Sequence record: SRR33789315_92
DNA length: 64,000 nucleotides
Strand: one strand, 5' to 3'
Shown here: piece after piece, positions 61,161-64,000 of the stretch
Position numbering within the stretch: the first letter of the stretch is position 1
Layout: each line of letters opens with the position of its first letter
The notes under the pieces: model-generated
The model's input: only the letters and a program-made list of their open reading frames with translations
What the model was told of the DNA's origin: nothing
The model's database searches: none
Position numbers and translations under genes: made by a program

Positions 61161-63017
61161 ATGAATTTATCCCTATTAGATCTGAGTATTATTGTTGCCT
61201 ATTTAACGTTGTCTTTAGGTATTGGCTTTTGGATTTCTAAACGCGCAAGTCGCAACATTGAGGGGTATTTCTTAGGTGGTAATGAACTTAAGTGGTACTA
61301 CTTGGGTTTGTCTAATGCCTCTGGCATGTTTGATATTAGCGGCACCATGTGGATGGTCTATTTACTGTTTATTTATGGTTTAAAAAGTATTTTCATTCCT
61401 TGGTTATGGCCAGCATTTAATCAAATTTTTATGTTGGTGTTTTTGTCTATTTGGCTGCGCCGTTCTGGCGTCATGACTGGAGCTGAATGGATCCGTTTTC
61501 GTTTTGGCGATAGTACTGGCGCCAAACTCAGTCATATTGTGGTGGTTGTTTTTGCCTTAGTGAATGTCTTGGGTTTTTTGGCTTATAGCTTTATTGGAGC
61601 TGGTAAGTTTTCTGCCGGTTTTATGCCCTGGCAATTGTCTAGCGATCCTCATCTAAATGAAGTGTATTACGGTTTAATTTTAACCTTTATTACCATGCTT
61701 TATGTCGTGAAAGGCGGTATGTATAGCGTGGTGATCACAGAAGTGGTGCAGTTTGTCATTATGACCATAGCCTGTGTGGCCATTGGCATTATCGCCATGC
61801 AGCAAGTGTCTCCTGAAATGTTAGCGAAAGCCGTGCCCGCAGGTTGGGATAAAATTCAGTTTGCTTGGCAGCTTAACTTAGATTGGTCGACTATTTTACC
61901 TAGTGCAAATACCAAAATTTCCGAAGATGGTTACTCGATGTTTGGCATTTTTATGATGCTAGTTATTTTTAAAGGCGTATTACAAAGTATGGCAGGACCC
62001 GCGCCAAACTATGATATGCAGCGTGTATTGTCTGCTCGCTCACCTACTGATGCGGCAAAAATGAGTTGGTTTGTGAGTGTCGTACTACTTATTCCCCGTT
62101 ATATGATGATTACTGGCCTCGCTATTTTGGCGTTGGTGTTTTTTAATGATGAATTGAATGGTATGGGCAGTGATGTCGATTTTGAGCAAATATTACCTTT
62201 TGCTCTAGCTAACTATGTACCCTCAGGTTTGTTGGGATTAGTCTTGGCAGGACTGTTAGCGACATTTATGTCAACTTTCGCCGCGACCACTAATGCAGCG
62301 CCCGCTTACGTCGTCAATGATATTTACAAACGCTATATCAATCCCAATGCGGCAGATCGCACCTATGTATATTTAAGCTACCTAGTGTCTATCGTCTTTG
62401 TGGTATTAGGTACTACTATCGGATTATTTATTCCGACTTTAAATGGCTTGATCATGTGGATAGTGTCAGCCCTTTACGGGGGCTATACTGCCGCGAATGT
62501 CCTCAAATGGTATTGGTGGAGATTTAATGGTTATGGTTATTTTTACGGAATGTTGACTGGTATCGTTGTAGCTATTCCTATGATGTTTACTGATATTTCT
62601 CCTTTATATGCTTTCCCTTTTCTGTTTCTACTGTGTCTGATTGGTTGCCTAGTAGGGGCATTATTAACGCCTCCCGATGATATGCAGGTATTGAAGCACT
62701 TTTATGCGAAAACGCGACCGTGGGGTTGGTGGAAACCCGTATTGCTTGAGATCCAAAAAGAGTACCCAGAGGTGCAGCCAAATCGCCATTTTAAGCGAGA
62801 CATGGCAAATGTAGTGGTAGGTATTATTTGGCATAGTGGTTTAATTGCCGCACCGATATTTTTAGTTATTCAACAATTTGAACCTATGACTTTCGCGTTG
62901 GCGGTGGTTATATTATGTTCAATCTTTCTTAAGGTTTATTGGTGGAATACTTTGGAGGATTACCCTCATGATATGCCTCCTGCCATGCTGAATAGCCCTA
63001 TAAGTTTAAAAATTTAA
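61161..63017 (+). CDS. Sodium:solute symporter family transporter (probable manno-oligosaccharide importer)
   Basis: About 14 TM helices; YFLGG, GGMYSVVITEVVQF, DMQRVLSARS and FMSTF SSS motifs. ATG at 61161 (the ORF track starts at GTG 61152). Confidence 0.9.
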   Translation: MNLSLLDLSIIVAYLTLSLGIGFWISKRASRNIEGYFLGGNELKWYYLGLSNASGMFDISGTMWMVYLLFIYGLKSIFIPWLWPAFNQIFMLVFLSIWLRRSGVMTGAEWIRFRFGDSTGAKLSHIVVVVFALVNVLGFLAYSFIGAGKFSAGFMPWQLSSDPHLNEVYYGLILTFITMLYVVKGGMYSVVITEVVQFVIMTIACVAIGIIAMQQVSPEMLAKAVPAGWDKIQFAWQLNLDWSTILPSANTKISEDGYSMFGIFMMLVIFKGVLQSMAGPAPNYDMQRVLSARSPTDAAKMSWFVSVVLLIPRYMMITGLAILALVFFNDELNGMGSDVDFEQILPFALANYVPSGLLGLVLAGLLATFMSTFAATTNAAPAYVVNDIYKRYINPNAADRTYVYLSYLVSIVFVVLGTTIGLFIPTLNGLIMWIVSALYGGYTAANVLKWYWWRFNGYGYFYGMLTGIVVAIPMMFTDISPLYAFPFLFLLCLIGCLVGALLTPPDDMQVLKHFYAKTRPWGWWKPVLLEIQKEYPEVQPNRHFKRDMANVVVGIIWHSGLIAAPIFLVIQQFEPMTFALAVVILCSIFLKVYWWNTLEDYPHDMPPAMLNSPISLKI

Positions 63018-63058
63018 TTATGTTTTAAATATCAATCAACAGACATCTTGCTATGATG

Positions 63059-63070
63059 GTAACCGGTTAC
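63059..63070. promoter_or_regulatory. LacI-type operator GTAACCGGTTAC
   Basis: Perfect palindrome 75 bp upstream of the GH130 start. Confidence 0.8.
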
Positions 63071-63145
63071 TGAAAAGGTTTTCATTTTTAGTTTGGCGAG
63101 ATGTGAGCCTGTATTAGCTAGTTTATAAAGATAAAAGAGTACCTT

Positions 63146-64000
63146 ATGCATTTTAAACAAAAAGTTGAAAAATTGAACACAGAGTATGAAGCACTTGTTG
63201 GCTTAAAAAACTCGCCAACGACCAATAATAATGGCATTTATCAGCGTTGGCAGTTGCCCATTGTTACCGCCGCACATACTCCTATTTTTTGGCGTTACGA
63301 TTTAAATGAGAAAAGTAACCCGTATTTGATGGAGCGAATTGGCATCAACGCGACCTTTAATTCCGGTGCCATTTATCTAGGGGGTAAATATCTGCTTGTT
63401 GTGCGGGTTGAAGGCAATGATCGTAAATCATTTTTTGCCGTGGCGCAAAGTGATAATGGTGTAGATAATTTTCGGTTTTGGGATTATCCCGTCGTAATGC
63501 CAGAAACCAATGAGCCTGATACTAATATTTACGATATGCGTTTAGTCAAGCATCAGGATGGCTATATTTACGGCTTGTTTTGCACAGAGCGTAAAGATAA
63601 GACTCGTCCAGATGACCTGTCTGCAGCCACCGCACAGTGTGGTATTGCGCGTACTAAAGACTTAGTTGAGTGGGAACGATTGCCTGACTTAGTGACTTAC
63701 TCTGGACAACAACGCAACGTAGTATTACATCCGGAATTTGTGGATGGCAAATATGCGTTGTATACCCGCCCTCAAGACGGTTTTATTAGTGTTGGCAGCG
63801 GGGGGGGTATTGGCTGGGGATTGTGTGACGCCATGGAAAAAGCTGAAATCAAACAAGAATTAATTGTGGATGGTAAGGTTTATCATACCATTAAAGAGAT
63901 AAAAAACGGTCAAGGCCCTGCACCAATAAAAACGTCTGAAGGCTGGTTACATTTGGCTCACGGAGTGCGTAATACTGCGGCCGGCTTACGTTACGTATTA
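63146..64000 (+). CDS. GH130 4-O-beta-D-mannosyl-D-glucose phosphorylase (3' truncated; absent from the ORF track)
   Basis: Manual translation from ATG 63146 gives [10 protein letters not shown]...[93 protein letters not shown], which matches Bacteroides-type MGP. It is open to the window end. Confidence 0.92.
   Translation, partial: MHFKQKVEKLNTEYEALVGLKNSPTTNNNGIYQRWQLPIVTAAHTPIFWRYDLNEKSNPYLMERIGINATFNSGAIYLGGKYLLVVRVEGNDRKSFFAVAQSDNGVDNFRFWDYPVVMPETNEPDTNIYDMRLVKHQDGYIYGLFCTERKDKTRPDDLSAATAQCGIARTKDLVEWERLPDLVTYSGQQRNVVLHPEFVDGKYALYTRPQDGFISVGSGGGIGWGLCDAMEKAEIKQELIVDGKVYHTIKEIKNGQGPAPIKTSEGWLHLAHGVRNTAAGLRYVL

Noticed and set aside
33442-63070. GTAACCGGTTAC repeats as CRISPR, REP or mobile-element ends
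   Set aside because: They are only 12 bp, irregularly spaced and always in promoter regions, with no cas or transposase gene. An operator explains them better.

Overview
64 kb of chromosome from an AT-rich gammaproteobacterium. Gene content suggests Alteromonadaceae (Paraglaciecola/Glaciecola-like), which is inference. I found no rRNA, tRNA, CRISPR array, IS or integrase. (1) 1-17.2 kb is mostly housekeeping: an MMPL/RND + LolA-like + outer-membrane trio divergent from a gene with a FadR-like box, then yghU, a PilZ protein, frmA/fghA, an SDR + amidohydrolase pair and tamAB. (2) 17.2-26.5 kb is an unusual surface-appendage locus: DUF4402-like pilin, PapD-like chaperone, a 1100-aa usher-like protein ending in two Cys-containing SPOR domains, and a second pilin-like gene. 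It converges on three tandem FlgO-like lipoproteins and carries a near-consensus sigma28 promoter and several sigma54 -24/-12 motifs. (3) 26.5-31 kb holds rimO and a soluble kinase with three FixL-type heme-PAS domains plus a single-domain receiver. (4) 31.2-64 kb is a beta-mannan/galactoglucomannan utilisation locus: CE20/SASA-like esterase, GH27, two TonB-dependent receptors each paired with a large lipoprotein mannanase (GH5, GH26), an AGE-family isomerase, LacI, a sodium:solute symporter and GH130. It is tied together by about 11 copies of the palindrome GTAACCGGTTAC. A hybrid two-component system plus a giant PEP-CTERM protein sits inside it with its own AraC-type repeat. The strongest leads are the split GH5 barrel with an apparently self-closing (circularly permuted) array of CBM-like modules, and the flagellar-sigma-linked DUF4402/usher-SPOR/FlgO system.
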